DNA of 61,967 nucleotides from Pseudomonadota bacterium (GTDB taxonomy: Bacteria > Pseudomonadota > Alphaproteobacteria > Rhizobiales > Rhizobiaceae). Where the stretch lies: positions 1-61,967 of the forward strand of contig JBCBYZ010000001.1 of assembly GCA_039815595.1 (NCBI GenBank). The letters are read 5' to 3'. Within the stretch, counting starts at the first letter, position 1. Every line of letters starts with the position of its first letter. The position numbers and the translations under genes were made by a program. This document shows positions 19,164-29,621 of this stretch, one piece after another. The notes beneath the pieces are model-generated. The model was not told the origin of the DNA. It searched no databases and was given only the letters and a program-made list of their open reading frames with translations.

Positions 19164-21242
19164 ATGACAACGCAAGACGCGACACCAACAACACCAATGA
19201 ACGACGTGGGAGATGTGAAAACCGCTCTTTCCGCACCAACGGTCGCGCCGGTAACAGGCACTGACAAAAACGACAAGTTGCAGGCAACCGATGCTGCGGA
19301 GGCGTTTGATGGCGGCGAGGGCACCAATGACCGGGTGAACTATAACAAGTCAGACGATGGTGTTGTTGCAAGCTTGCTTGAGGGCGCTGGTGCAGGTGGC
19401 ACAGCCGAGGGCGACACATACACCGGTGTTGAAGGCCTGTTGGGCTCGCACCACCAGGACTTCCTCCAAGGCGATAACGGTCGCAACGTGTTGGCCGGAC
19501 GCCGGGGCGATGACGTGCTCTACGGCATGGGCGGTAATGACCGCCTGAACGGTGGCCAAGGCGACGACAAACTGTTTGGAGGCGATGGCAACGACACGTT
19601 GCACGGCGGCCAAGGCGCTGACGAATTGGTGGGCGGTGATGGGATGGATCGCACCACCTATAACAATTCCGATGAAGGCGTCACCATCGATCTGGCCAAT
19701 GGAATTGCGGAAGGCGGCCACGCCACCGGCGACACACTGATCTCCATCGAAAACGTGACGGGCTCAAAACTGGATGACGTGCTCGCCGGTGACGATGGTG
19801 CAAACCGTCTCAACGGCGGTCAAGGCGATGATGAACTGTTTGGTCGCGGTGGCGACGACCGCTTGAACGGTGGCAAGGGCAATGACTTGCTGGATGGCGG
19901 TGACGGCAAAGATCGCTTGCACGGTGGAGAAGGTGACGACACGCTTAAGGGCGGCGCGGGCGATGACCGTCTGCATGGAAATGCGGGTGATGACGAACTT
20001 TTCGGTGGTGCCGGCAACGATTTTCTGGTCGGTGGCAAGGGCGCAGATCTTCTGGATGGTGGCGATGGCTTTGATAAGGTCCAGTATCGCGGCTCGTCTG
20101 AAGGTGTAACGGTGGATTTGACCTTTGGATCGGGTACTGGCGGCGATGCTGAGGGCGACCGTCTGGTTTCCATTGAGCATGTTGTGGGTTCGAAACACGA
20201 TGATACGCTGACCGGCAACGCGGAAAACAACACCCTCGCCGGCCATGAAGGCGACGATTATCTGTCCGGCTTTGGCGGTGATGACCGTGTGAACGGTGGT
20301 GCGGGTGATGACACCGTGTTTGGTGATGCCGGTAATGACCGCGTCAACGGCGGTCGCGGCAATGATATGCTGTTCGGCGGTGACGGCGACGACCGTCTCA
20401 ACGGTGGTGACGATGATGACGTGCTGAACGGCGGTGCCGGTGCAGACCGTCTCAACGGTGGCAAGGGTGACCGGGACGCAGCTGATTACGTCAACTCGAC
20501 TGAAGGCGTGAACGCCAACCTGACCACCCGCAAAGGCGAAGGCGGTGAAGCGGAAGGGGACCGGTTCTCCAACATTGAGTTCTTGTACGGTTCCGATTTC
20601 GATGACGTACTGACCGGGAATGCGGGCGTAAACCGCCTTGTGGGCCGCGAAGGCGATGACGTGCTTAACGGCATGGCCGGTGATGATATCTTGCGCGGCG
20701 GCGAAGGCGCTGACCAGTTGATCGGCGGGGATGGCGACAGGGATGCGGCAGAGTATGGTTGGTCCCATGAAGGGGTAACGGTGTCTTTAGCAGCCAACAC
20801 CGCAACAGGCGGAGAGGCCGAAGGCGACACGTTTGACAGCATCGAATACGTCTATGGCTCGAAATACGATGACGCGATCACCGGTGACGATGCCATAAAC
20901 CGTTTGGTTGGTAAGGACGGCGATGACGTTCTGTCCGGCATGGGCGGCAATGATTACCTGCTCGGTGGCAACGGTGCTGATACAATGTCCGGCGGCGATG
21001 GCGATGACGTCTTCCAACTGGAAGGCGTTTTTGGTGACGATGTGATCACGGATTTTGAGGCTGGCGAAGGCCGGACGGATCGTGTCTGGCTGCGCGACAA
21101 TGATTTCGGATCTTATGACGAGCTCATGGCCTCTTTGGTCGATACGGCAGACGGGGTGCTGTTGGACATGGGTGAGCAGGGTTCACTGACGCTGACAGAC
21201 CTTACGGTTGCTGAATTGGTGAGCGACGACTTCATCATCTAA
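19164..21242 (+). CDS. RTX (hemolysin-type) calcium-binding repeat protein, probable type I secretion substrate
   Basis: Dozens of GGxGxDxLx nonapeptides, acidic composition, C-terminus GDDVITDF...DDFII, no Sec signal. Confidence 0.9.
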   Translation: MTTQDATPTTPMNDVGDVKTALSAPTVAPVTGTDKNDKLQATDAAEAFDGGEGTNDRVNYNKSDDGVVASLLEGAGAGGTAEGDTYTGVEGLLGSHHQDFLQGDNGRNVLAGRRGDDVLYGMGGNDRLNGGQGDDKLFGGDGNDTLHGGQGADELVGGDGMDRTTYNNSDEGVTIDLANGIAEGGHATGDTLISIENVTGSKLDDVLAGDDGANRLNGGQGDDELFGRGGDDRLNGGKGNDLLDGGDGKDRLHGGEGDDTLKGGAGDDRLHGNAGDDELFGGAGNDFLVGGKGADLLDGGDGFDKVQYRGSSEGVTVDLTFGSGTGGDAEGDRLVSIEHVVGSKHDDTLTGNAENNTLAGHEGDDYLSGFGGDDRVNGGAGDDTVFGDAGNDRVNGGRGNDMLFGGDGDDRLNGGDDDDVLNGGAGADRLNGGKGDRDAADYVNSTEGVNANLTTRKGEGGEAEGDRFSNIEFLYGSDFDDVLTGNAGVNRLVGREGDDVLNGMAGDDILRGGEGADQLIGGDGDRDAAEYGWSHEGVTVSLAANTATGGEAEGDTFDSIEYVYGSKYDDAITGDDAINRLVGKDGDDVLSGMGGNDYLLGGNGADTMSGGDGDDVFQLEGVFGDDVITDFEAGEGRTDRVWLRDNDFGSYDELMASLVDTADGVLLDMGEQGSLTLTDLTVAELVSDDFII

Positions 21243-21292
21243 TCCCGGCACAGCGCTCCAGCCACTAGGTGATGGATATGCAACGACCTGAA

Positions 21293-21327
21293 AAAATCGC
21301 GGTCCTAACGGGGCCGCGATTTTGTTT
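21293..21327. terminator. Bidirectional intrinsic terminator
   Basis: AAAATCGCGGTCC-TAAC-GGGCCGCGATTTT hairpin with A/T tails between convergent genes. Confidence 0.8.
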
Positions 21328-21348
21328 GCTTACTCCAACGGTGTGCCG

Positions 21349-21747
21349 TCAGCCGCCGTGTTCTTCGACGATCACTTGGTCTGCGTAAAACGCCACGTAG
21401 CCTTGTAGAACGTCTGCAAAGTCCATTGGCTTGCTGTAGGTCCAAGCGATGGCGTCATCAGAACCGTCAGGCGAACCGCCAAGCACAAAGTAGGACGCAT
21501 CGCCCTTAAGCGGACAATGGGTCGTTTTGCTTTCGATCGGCTTCAGTGCCTCCGAAACATCCTGTTTGGGAATGTAAAACACGGGATCGTAAAGGCTGCG
21601 CCCGTGCTCAAGGAGGCGCGCTGCGCTTGTTGTATCGGCCAGCACAATATCGCCCCGCCGAACGACGATGCGTCGCCTCACCGGGCGCAACACCATGTAG
21701 TGTTGGGGTGCGTCTGGTCTGGCGATTGTCTGCTCTTGGGTGAGCAT
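21349..21747 (-). CDS. DUF427 domain protein
   Basis: VFYIP, THCPLKGDASYF, AWTY..P, GYVAFY. Confidence 0.85.
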   Translation of the reverse strand: MLTQEQTIARPDAPQHYMVLRPVRRRIVVRRGDIVLADTTSAARLLEHGRSLYDPVFYIPKQDVSEALKPIESKTTHCPLKGDASYFVLGGSPDGSDDAIAWTYSKPMDFADVLQGYVAFYADQVIVEEHGG

Positions 21748-21750
21748 GGA

Positions 21751-23139
21751 TTACTCGCCTGCTTTTTTGGTCTCGAACTGCAAACCCTTGGCCATGCGGG
21801 CGGGAAAGCCCTCCCAATGGGTGTGGGTATCTTTCTTGGTGCCGTCCTCTTCCAGCGCATGAACCCCGTCATTGGCGTTCGGCACAAGTTCGAGATACGC
21901 GTCCATCTTGGCATCGCTGCGCAGGTGTTTGGCCAGCCACACGGTGGCAAAATGCTGGGTGATGTTGTTCATCCGCACTGTGTCCCACACTGCGTCGGCG
22001 TAATGGTCTGCCAGATTAAAACCCAGATCGGCGTCAAACTTGTTAGCTTCGATGGGGGCTGGCATTGGGGCGGCTGCGTTATGGTTGGCGCTTTCAAACG
22101 TCAGTAGGGACCGGTCAACGCTTAAGGTGTTTTCCCAGATGGCTCGGATACCGTTTTCATAACCGGACACATCGTCCTGGGATCCAGCCACAAAAAGCAT
22201 CGGAATTTTGACGTCTTTAAGGGTTTCAGCATTCCAGAAGGCGGTGTTCATGCCCCAAGGCGCGATGGCAATGGCAGTCTTCACCCGAGGGTCAAACAGC
22301 TTCTTGAACCCGTCCGTCCCGCCTTTATGAACGCCCAAAAGGCCGTGCGGTGCGCCCCATGAGTATGCGATTGATGTATCTGTTACGCCGCCTCCAGCAG
22401 TGATCACCGCGCCGTATCCTCCCATGGAGTAGCCGATGATCGCGGTGTTAGACGCGTCTAAAAGGCCTTTCAGAGGATGACCGTCCTCTTTGGAAAAACG
22501 GTCCATCTCATTGAGCACAAACAGTTGGTCAAAGGGCCGGTTGACCAGGGTCGACCCAAACGCTCCGCGGTCGGCATAGGTTGAATCTTGGTGATCAATG
22601 GACGCGACGACATAGCCTTTCGAAGCCAAGTTCTCTCCCAAATGGGACAAGAGGAAGCGGTTGCCCGGATACCCGTGAGAGATGATAACGAGAGGATAGG
22701 GTTCCTTAGCAGACGCTGGCGCGGCATCGCGGCGGGCTTTCCCCAGCAGATCCACCACGGTCTTGCCGTCGCGCAAATTGGCTTTCAGCACCTGGCTGCC
22801 GGTCGCTCCGGCCGCCGCAGGATACCAGATCTCCAGTGTCAGCTTGCGGTCACTGCGGGGCAGGGGGTCGGGCTTGGGTTTTGCCCCGTCAATGGCCGGG
22901 ATGTCGATCTGGTTGGCGTTGGTGACGGTGATCGTGCGAACACCGACGGGCAAGTCCCCGTATTTGGCAAACTCCGGCGCACCGGGGCGCTGGCCATCAA
23001 TGCGATTTTCCGCTGATACTGATCCAACCATCGAAAACCCTATCAATCCCACGGCGATTACCGCACCGGTAAGTCTGCCTGTCTTTTTTGAAGTTGGCTT
23101 CGTAGCCGATGGATCGGCGGATAAAACTGTGTCGAACAT
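21751..23139 (-). CDS. Secreted alpha/beta hydrolase (dienelactone-hydrolase/PAF-AH-like)
   Basis: IISHGYPG, LASKGYVVASIDH, GYSMGG nucleophile elbow, ANHN, signal-like hydrophobic N-terminus. GGAG RBS. Confidence 0.85.
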   Translation of the reverse strand: MFDTVLSADPSATKPTSKKTGRLTGAVIAVGLIGFSMVGSVSAENRIDGQRPGAPEFAKYGDLPVGVRTITVTNANQIDIPAIDGAKPKPDPLPRSDRKLTLEIWYPAAAGATGSQVLKANLRDGKTVVDLLGKARRDAAPASAKEPYPLVIISHGYPGNRFLLSHLGENLASKGYVVASIDHQDSTYADRGAFGSTLVNRPFDQLFVLNEMDRFSKEDGHPLKGLLDASNTAIIGYSMGGYGAVITAGGGVTDTSIAYSWGAPHGLLGVHKGGTDGFKKLFDPRVKTAIAIAPWGMNTAFWNAETLKDVKIPMLFVAGSQDDVSGYENGIRAIWENTLSVDRSLLTFESANHNAAAPMPAPIEANKFDADLGFNLADHYADAVWDTVRMNNITQHFATVWLAKHLRSDAKMDAYLELVPNANDGVHALEEDGTKKDTHTHWEGFPARMAKGLQFETKKAGE

Positions 23140-23316
23140 AAAATCTCCTCCCAGAGATGCTGCGCGGTGGAGCGCTGAAAGCGCGAAAGTATCGGTGCCC
23201 GTCAGCGTTGGAACCGTTGAATCTTCGTCATAGCTGCACGGGTTTTGTGTTAGTCGTCTGAATGATCATCGATGCTGTCAACCATGCAACACAACCGTCA
23301 CGGGATGCGCCACACA

Positions 23317-24078
23317 TTATCCGATGGGCGCTTCGTCGATGCGTTGCCAGCCGCTGCTTTGCAGTCGCTCCTGCGGAAGGAAGCGCGCTTTGTAATCCAT
23401 CTTGGGTGAGCCAGCCACCCAATAGCCCAAATGACAATGGGCCAACCCAGCCTTACGCGCGCGCTCGATATGGTCAAGAATGACAAATGTGCCCAGACTG
23501 CGGTTGTCTTCGGACGGTTCAAAAAAACTGTATACCATGGACAGGCCGTTGGAGAGCGTGTCGTAAAGCACCACCGCAATCAGCGGACCCTCGCCTTTGC
23601 CGCTCACACCGGTGTCCGGGCCGCGCTGGCGATATTCGAGTATCTGCGTATCGACATGGCTGTCTTCCACCATCATGGCGTAATCGAGCACACTCATATT
23701 CACCATGCCACCCTCGCTATGCCGCGCGTCCACATAACGCCGAAACAGCGAGTATTGTTCAGAGGTCGGCACGTTGGGCACGGGTGATGCGATTAAATCG
23801 GTGTTGCGCTTGATGATACGGCGCATGGACCGCGTCGGCTTAAACTCACTGACCAGCACTCGCGTTGCGACGCACGCGCGGCAAGTCTCACAGGCGGGGC
23901 GGTAAGCAATATTCTGGCTGCGCCGAAACCCGCCTTGGGACAACTCGTCATGCATGTAGGGCGCACGCTCCCCCACAAGATGGGTGAACACTTTACGCTC
24001 CAACTGCCCGGGCAAATAGGGGCAGGGGGCCGGTGCAGTGAGATAAAACTGCGGTGTGTCGAGCGAATGAGCCGTCAT
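23317..24078 (-). CDS. ate: Arginyltransferase-like aminoacyl-tRNA--protein transferase (Ate/Bpt)
   Basis: [47 protein letters not shown]. Confidence 0.92.
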   Translation of the reverse strand: MTAHSLDTPQFYLTAPAPCPYLPGQLERKVFTHLVGERAPYMHDELSQGGFRRSQNIAYRPACETCRACVATRVLVSEFKPTRSMRRIIKRNTDLIASPVPNVPTSEQYSLFRRYVDARHSEGGMVNMSVLDYAMMVEDSHVDTQILEYRQRGPDTGVSGKGEGPLIAVVLYDTLSNGLSMVYSFFEPSEDNRSLGTFVILDHIERARKAGLAHCHLGYWVAGSPKMDYKARFLPQERLQSSGWQRIDEAPIG

Positions 24079-24184
24079 AGCATCAGTTTTGCGAAACAGC
24101 GCGGGTTCTGTAAAGCGCGGCTAATGGTCATTTCACGTTTTTGATCAACAAAAACCATGAGTGGAAAGCGGGCAGCTCCCACGC

Positions 24185-26062
24185 TCAAAGGCCGTAATAG
24201 GCGGGCACAAAGATTGTAAACGCGATCCACAAGATGATGATAAGCGGTATTCCACATCGCATGTAGTCGACAAACCGGTACCGCCCTGGGCCCAACACAA
24301 GCAGATTGGTTTGATAGGCAACCGGCGTGGCAAAAGAGCAATTGGCCGCAAACAGTATGCCGATCACAAAAGGCTCCAAGGGTGCATTGAGCGCCTGCGC
24401 AATCCCAATGGCGATGGGGGTAAATAAGACTGCGGTCGCGTTATTGGACAATACATTAGTAAGCGCTGCGGTCACAATAAAGAGCATTGAAAGCACCACA
24501 GTCGCCGAACTGCCCGCAAACAAGTCCACGGTGGCTATGGCCAGATAGCTGGCACCGCCCGTCTGTTCCATCGCTGTTGCGGCGGCGAGCGATGCTCCCA
24601 CCAGCATGAAGATTTGACGATCGAAACTGCGTGCCGCCTGACGCAAGGACAGGCATCCTGCTGCAATCACCGCATAGGCTCCGATCAAAGAGGCAGCAAC
24701 GATGGGAACAATGCCTGTCGCAGCGAGCAAAATCACAATGGCAAAAATAGAGATCGCGCGCGGCGCATAGGCCCGCAGCGGCACTTCCGCAGCGGACCGT
24801 TCTAACAGGAGCAATTGACGGCTCTCGCGCAGCCGTTCCATGTCTTCCGGCAAGCCGCCTACGAGTAACGTGTCGCCGGGTTCAAGCCTGTTGTCCCGCA
24901 TCATCCCACGGGAAACGCTGCTCCGGCGCTGCAGGCCCAGCACCATGGTGCCGTAGGTCTGGCGGATGCGGGCCGCGTCAATGGTGCGTCCGGAAAGGCG
25001 GGACCCCGGGGCTACCACAGCCTCAGCCAATGTGAAGGATTCTGACAAACGACCGAGTTCATCGCTGGCCCGTTCAGGGTCCCGCTCTTCCACCGCCAAT
25101 TGAGGCAGGCTGGCCGCGCCTTCCGACAGTGCTCTGGTGAGTGCACGGCGCGTTGCGGCCACCACAATCATGTCGCCGGGTTGCAGTGTCAGGTCTTCAA
25201 AGGGCGGAAGAATGACTTCGTCTCCGCTTGAATCTCCGCTCTTTCTAGGGCCCATCTTGGGCCGGTAGATAGACCGAACCGTGATACCTTGAAGCGATGG
25301 GAACAGACCGGCGACGGCCGCTTCACCCACAAGCCTATGCCCTTCCGTGACATCAATCTGTGCCACGAAGTGGCGTCCGCTGGCCAACGCGCTGGATTCA
25401 TCGGGCATGTCCCGGTCGCCCAAAAGCCATGGCATCACTAAGACCACGTAGAGAAACCCGGTCCCCGCCATCACGATGCCGGGCACAATGAAATCAAAAA
25501 AGCCAAGCTCCAGCCCGCTACGGGCTGACACACCGGCCACCAGCAAGTTCGTGGATGAACCAATGAGCGTGGTCATACCGCCCAGAATTCCGACATAGGA
25601 AAGCGGCAACAGCGCTTTGGTGGGGTGAAATCCGCGCTGTTTTGCGATCGCGGCGATGATGGGAATGAACATCACCACGACGGGCGTGTTATTCAAGAAC
25701 GCGCTCGTGACGGCTGCCGTCAGCAGTAGGACGAGGATCGTGCGAAAAACACTGCGCCCGCCGAGTTTCGCCATTAATTCTGCGGGCTTTTCCAGCGCAT
25801 CCGTGTTGAAAAGGGCTTGGCCAATCACCAGCAGCGCCAAAACCGTCACAAGTGCCGGATTGGCGAACCCGGCGATCAGCTCGTTGGCGTCAACCACAGT
25901 TGCGGTCAGGCCTGTGGGGCTTTGTGGAATAAGAGTGAAGAGCGCCAGCAGTGCGGCCAATGTAGCGAGTGCGACGCCTTCGATGGACCACTTTTCCCAT
26001 GCGTAACCAACGATGGACATAGTGATCACGACGAAAGTGGCCCACATGTGAAAGTCGTTCAA
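24185..26062 (-). CDS. SLC13/CitMHS-type permease with TrkA-C (RCK_C) domains
   Basis: SAFLNNTPVV, TLIGSSTNLL, NVLSNNATAVL, FATPVAYQTN. Confidence 0.9.
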   Translation of the reverse strand: MNDFHMWATFVVITMSIVGYAWEKWSIEGVALATLAALLALFTLIPQSPTGLTATVVDANELIAGFANPALVTVLALLVIGQALFNTDALEKPAELMAKLGGRSVFRTILVLLLTAAVTSAFLNNTPVVVMFIPIIAAIAKQRGFHPTKALLPLSYVGILGGMTTLIGSSTNLLVAGVSARSGLELGFFDFIVPGIVMAGTGFLYVVLVMPWLLGDRDMPDESSALASGRHFVAQIDVTEGHRLVGEAAVAGLFPSLQGITVRSIYRPKMGPRKSGDSSGDEVILPPFEDLTLQPGDMIVVAATRRALTRALSEGAASLPQLAVEERDPERASDELGRLSESFTLAEAVVAPGSRLSGRTIDAARIRQTYGTMVLGLQRRSSVSRGMMRDNRLEPGDTLLVGGLPEDMERLRESRQLLLLERSAAEVPLRAYAPRAISIFAIVILLAATGIVPIVAASLIGAYAVIAAGCLSLRQAARSFDRQIFMLVGASLAAATAMEQTGGASYLAIATVDLFAGSSATVVLSMLFIVTAALTNVLSNNATAVLFTPIAIGIAQALNAPLEPFVIGILFAANCSFATPVAYQTNLLVLGPGRYRFVDYMRCGIPLIIILWIAFTIFVPAYYGL

Positions 26063-26114
26063 AGGCGCAATTCCTGTGACGGGCTACCGCCCTCGCAGTT
26101 GGGCCATAGAGGCC

Positions 26115-26576
26115 TTAGGAGCGCACCACATAAACACCCAAGACAATGTCGTGCAACAGCCGCTTCTTGGAAGAAAAGAACGTCACGAACAGCGGCAGGA
26201 TCAGCGCAATCGAGTGTATGACCCAAAACATGATCCCGTGCAGCACAGCCAAAATGGCGTCGATGCGCCCACCGCCCAGCCGTTTCATTCGCACACCCAT
26301 AAAGCGCATTCCAATGGTGGCTTGATTGGAGCCACCGAGCGTCAACGCTAAGTAGATTACTGCCACCAGAGGCAGCAACACAGCGTAGAGGCCCCAAGCC
26401 AAGCCGAAGGTGAGCACGCCCAGCACGCCGATGACTGCCGCCAATGGAATGCTCAAAAGCGCGATGAGCAGATAATCGATCAAAAATGCAAAGATGCGAG
26501 CGGTCCGCACGCCATCCAAATCGGCAGCCGTGATAACGTCTTCACCGGATTCATTGTCCAAAACGGTCGAATTCAT
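26115..26576 (-). CDS. RDD family membrane protein
   Basis: RIFAFLID, ATIGMR, KRLLHD. Confidence 0.9.
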   Translation of the reverse strand: MNSTVLDNESGEDVITAADLDGVRTARIFAFLIDYLLIALLSIPLAAVIGVLGVLTFGLAWGLYAVLLPLVAVIYLALTLGGSNQATIGMRFMGVRMKRLGGGRIDAILAVLHGIMFWVIHSIALILPLFVTFFSSKKRLLHDIVLGVYVVRS

Positions 26577-26704
26577 TGTGGTTCCCCTAAAAGTTGAGGC
26601 ACTGAGCAAAGCTACAGCACGTTCTGTGTCTTAGGTGGATTGCGAATTAAGGCATTCAAGGGTTGGGCATTGAGCCCACATCGCGCCCCTACCAATGTAA
26701 GCCC

Positions 26705-27757
26705 TTATCCCTTCAACAAACGCGCCGCATCCATCGCGTGATACGTCAGTACCCCATCGGCTCCGGCGCGTTTAAAAGCAGCCAAACTTTCCATCATCAC
26801 GCGGTCACGGTCGATGTAACCGGCGGCACCTGCCGTTTCGATCATCGTGTACTCGCCGGAGACTTGATATGCGAACACGGGCATTCCGAATGTGTCTTTC
26901 ATGCGCCGCACGACATCCAGATACGGCATCCCGGGCTTCACCATGAGCATATCCGCCCCTTCCGCGATATCGAGCTCGGCTTCGCGCATGGCTTCTTCGT
27001 GGTTTGTGGGGTCGATGTAGTAGGTTTTTTTGTCGCCCTGCAGCAGGCCTTCGGTGCCAATGGCCTCCCGGTAAGGGCCGTAAAAGGCGGACGCATATTT
27101 TGCTGTGTAGGAGAGAATGCCAACATCGGTGAAACCGGCATCGTCCAATGCGATGCGGATCGCGCCGATGCGCCCGTCCATCATGTCGGATGGCGCGATA
27201 ATGTCCGCTCCGGCTTCTGCCTGCGCGAGTGCGCCCTCAACAATCATGTCCACGGATAGATCGTTGACGATAACGCCGTCCAACAGCACGCCATCGTGGC
27301 CGTGATCCGTAAATGGGTCGAGGGCAGCGTCGGTGATAATCCCGATGTCCGGCACAGCCTTTTTCATTGCGCGAACAAACTGGCATATCAGATTGTCTCG
27401 ATTCGCAATTTCGCTGCCGTTCGCGTTGCGCTTTGAAAGCGATACATTGGGAAAAGGCGCAACTGCCGGGACGCCCAAGCTCTTCGCTTCGCGACACATG
27501 TCCACTGCCAAGTCCACACTTTGGCGGGTGACACCCGGCATGGCCCCAACGTCCTCGCGCACATTTTCACCTTCCATGATGAAAATCGGCAAGATGAGAT
27601 CGTTGGCAGTAAATACGCTTTCGCGCACCATGCGGCGTGTCCAATCAAACCGGCGATTGCGACGCAGCCGCCGCCGACCGGTGACTTCATTGACGATGTC
27701 GCTGGCGCTTTGTCCGCTTGGCTCGTTGCCCCATTTGCCGTCAGAGGCTCCCGCCAT
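26705..27757 (-). CDS. hemB: Porphobilinogen synthase, Asp-rich Zn-independent type
   Basis: RRLRRNR, TDAALDPFTDHGHDG, PSDMMDGRI, SAFYGPYR, MVKPG, YQVSGEY. Confidence 0.96.
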   Translation of the reverse strand: MAGASDGKWGNEPSGQSASDIVNEVTGRRRLRRNRRFDWTRRMVRESVFTANDLILPIFIMEGENVREDVGAMPGVTRQSVDLAVDMCREAKSLGVPAVAPFPNVSLSKRNANGSEIANRDNLICQFVRAMKKAVPDIGIITDAALDPFTDHGHDGVLLDGVIVNDLSVDMIVEGALAQAEAGADIIAPSDMMDGRIGAIRIALDDAGFTDVGILSYTAKYASAFYGPYREAIGTEGLLQGDKKTYYIDPTNHEEAMREAELDIAEGADMLMVKPGMPYLDVVRRMKDTFGMPVFAYQVSGEYTMIETAGAAGYIDRDRVMMESLAAFKRAGADGVLTYHAMDAARLLKG

Positions 27758-27910
27758 GACACACCTGTCTTGTTCTTTTTGTCAGAAGCCTTTGGCTAGC
27801 ATATACGGCACAAACGGCAAGCCGCACCGGCATGCACCGGGTGTCCTGCTTTGGGATAGGATGCTTGAAGATGAGATGCTTGTGCAAAACGAGGACGAAC
27901 TGATCACTCC

Positions 27911-28996
27911 ATGACGCAAATGCAGCCGAACAGCGACGATATCCGGTTCGAACAGAAAAACCGCGCGGGGTTCATTACGCTGAACAGACCCGAAGCGCTC
28001 AATGCAGTCACGGACGGTATGTTGAGCGCTTTGTCAGCGCAATTGGACGTGTGGGAGCACGATGCATCGGTCGAGCGGGTGGTCATAAAGGCCGTGCCGG
28101 GCAGGGCGTTTTCAGCGGGCGGCGATATTCGCCATCTCTACGATTGTGGCGTGGCAGGGGACTTCGATTTCGCATTCTTTGCCCGCGAATACGCCCTCAA
28201 CGTGCGCATCGCGCGCTTTTCAAAGCCTTATATTGCGTTGGTCGATGGAATCGCCATGGGTGGCGGTGTTGGGGTTTCGTTTCACGGTTCCCATCGCATT
28301 GGCGGTGACCGCATGGCCTTTGCGATGCCGGAAGTGGGTATTGGCTTCTTTCCCGACATTGGTGGTTCATACCTGCTCTCGCGACTGCCCGGACGGCTCG
28401 GTCTTTATCTGGGCCTGACGGGGGAGCGGGTGAAGCGGGATGACGCTCTATGGAGCGGGTTGATCACCCATTCCGTAAAGTCATCAGACTATGAACAGTT
28501 GGAGGAGCGTCTCTCAACATCGTCTTCGCTGGATAACGCACTGGAGGGTTTAACGACTGGAGACGATATTGGCAGCAATGAAGACGGCCCGTTGCAAGCG
28601 CTCCTGCCATGGATCGATGAGGCTTTTGAAGAAGCAAATGTGGAAGTCATCTTGGAGCGATTGAATGCAATGGAAGGCGGGGCCGGTGATAAAGGCGCTT
28701 GGGCATCCAAAACGCGTACGACCCTGCAGCAAAAATCGCCTACAAGTCTGAAAATTGCTGCCCGACAGATTGAGGCTGGCGCAAACCTGTCCATCGAGGG
28801 CTGCATGCGCATGGAATATCGTATCTTGAAGCGCATCCTGCCCGGACCGGATTTCTACGAGGGCATTCGGGCAGCTATCATCGATAAAGACGGCCATCCT
28901 GCCTGGACACCCGATGCGATAGACGCTGTTTCCGATGCCGTGATAGACGGCTATTTCGAACCACTGCCGCCAGAACATGAGTTGACCCTGCCGTGA
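27911..28996 (+). CDS. 3-hydroxyisobutyryl-CoA hydrolase-like crotonase
   Basis: LNRPEALNA, SAGGDI, MGGGVG, AMPEVGIGFFPD, DFYEGIRAAIIDKD..P.W. Confidence 0.9.
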   Translation: MTQMQPNSDDIRFEQKNRAGFITLNRPEALNAVTDGMLSALSAQLDVWEHDASVERVVIKAVPGRAFSAGGDIRHLYDCGVAGDFDFAFFAREYALNVRIARFSKPYIALVDGIAMGGGVGVSFHGSHRIGGDRMAFAMPEVGIGFFPDIGGSYLLSRLPGRLGLYLGLTGERVKRDDALWSGLITHSVKSSDYEQLEERLSTSSSLDNALEGLTTGDDIGSNEDGPLQALLPWIDEAFEEANVEVILERLNAMEGGAGDKGAWASKTRTTLQQKSPTSLKIAARQIEAGANLSIEGCMRMEYRILKRILPGPDFYEGIRAAIIDKDGHPAWTPDAIDAVSDAVIDGYFEPLPPEHELTLP

Positions 28997-29454
28997 ACCA
29001 AAAAGCGACCAGTCCGCAGGCCATTTTCCAAGACCAGGCGATTCACCTTTCCAAGGCCAAATCAACGGGTGCCGCAGCCCGTCTGGAATGGGTTACCAAT
29101 GCCTATCTGCGCATCATCGCGCTGAGTTTCCTTACGCTTTCGGTGTGGGTCTGGGCCAGCGCAGTTGGGTTTGAAGGCACGGGCAGCACGGCTTTTGGCG
29201 GCATGGAACGTGGCCAGCAGATTTATACGATCGTGGGTGCTGTGCTTTTCCCAGTTGTGAGCGTTGGCCTATGGTCAACGCTCAGTTGGGGGCGCGTTGT
29301 GTGGGTGATTGCGATCCTTTTCCAAATCGCTATCGGCTTTGTTTATGGCGAAGCGCCTATGCGCAACGATGCGCTGGTGATTTTTCATATCGTGGCATTG
29401 GCGCTCTACCTGCTTCTGGCGGGCGCGCGCCTCATTAGGCCCAATAAGCGGTGA
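28993..29454 (+). CDS. Four-TM membrane protein (DUF6163-like)
   Basis: YLRIIA, AVLFPVVSVGLW...WGRVVW. Lies upstream of ldtR with a GTGA overlap. Confidence 0.7.
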   Translation: MNQKATSPQAIFQDQAIHLSKAKSTGAAARLEWVTNAYLRIIALSFLTLSVWVWASAVGFEGTGSTAFGGMERGQQIYTIVGAVLFPVVSVGLWSTLSWGRVVWVIAILFQIAIGFVYGEAPMRNDALVIFHIVALALYLLLAGARLIRPNKR

Positions 29455-29512
29455 ATCCATACGCTTTCTAGAAGATTAAAATCAATGATTTCAGTATATT
29501 AGATTTTAATTT

Positions 29513-29527
29513 GTAAGCCCTCGTTAA
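29513..29527 (+). promoter_or_regulatory. CtrA-like box upstream of ldtR
   Basis: GTAA-N7-TTAA. Confidence 0.4.
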
Positions 29528-29621
29528 GACTGTGCTTTGACTCAAATTTTAGTCGAACGCCGTAGTTTGTGTCTCAAGGCGAACAAAAAATATCGCCGTT
29601 TCAGGGTAAGAGGCACTCGAA

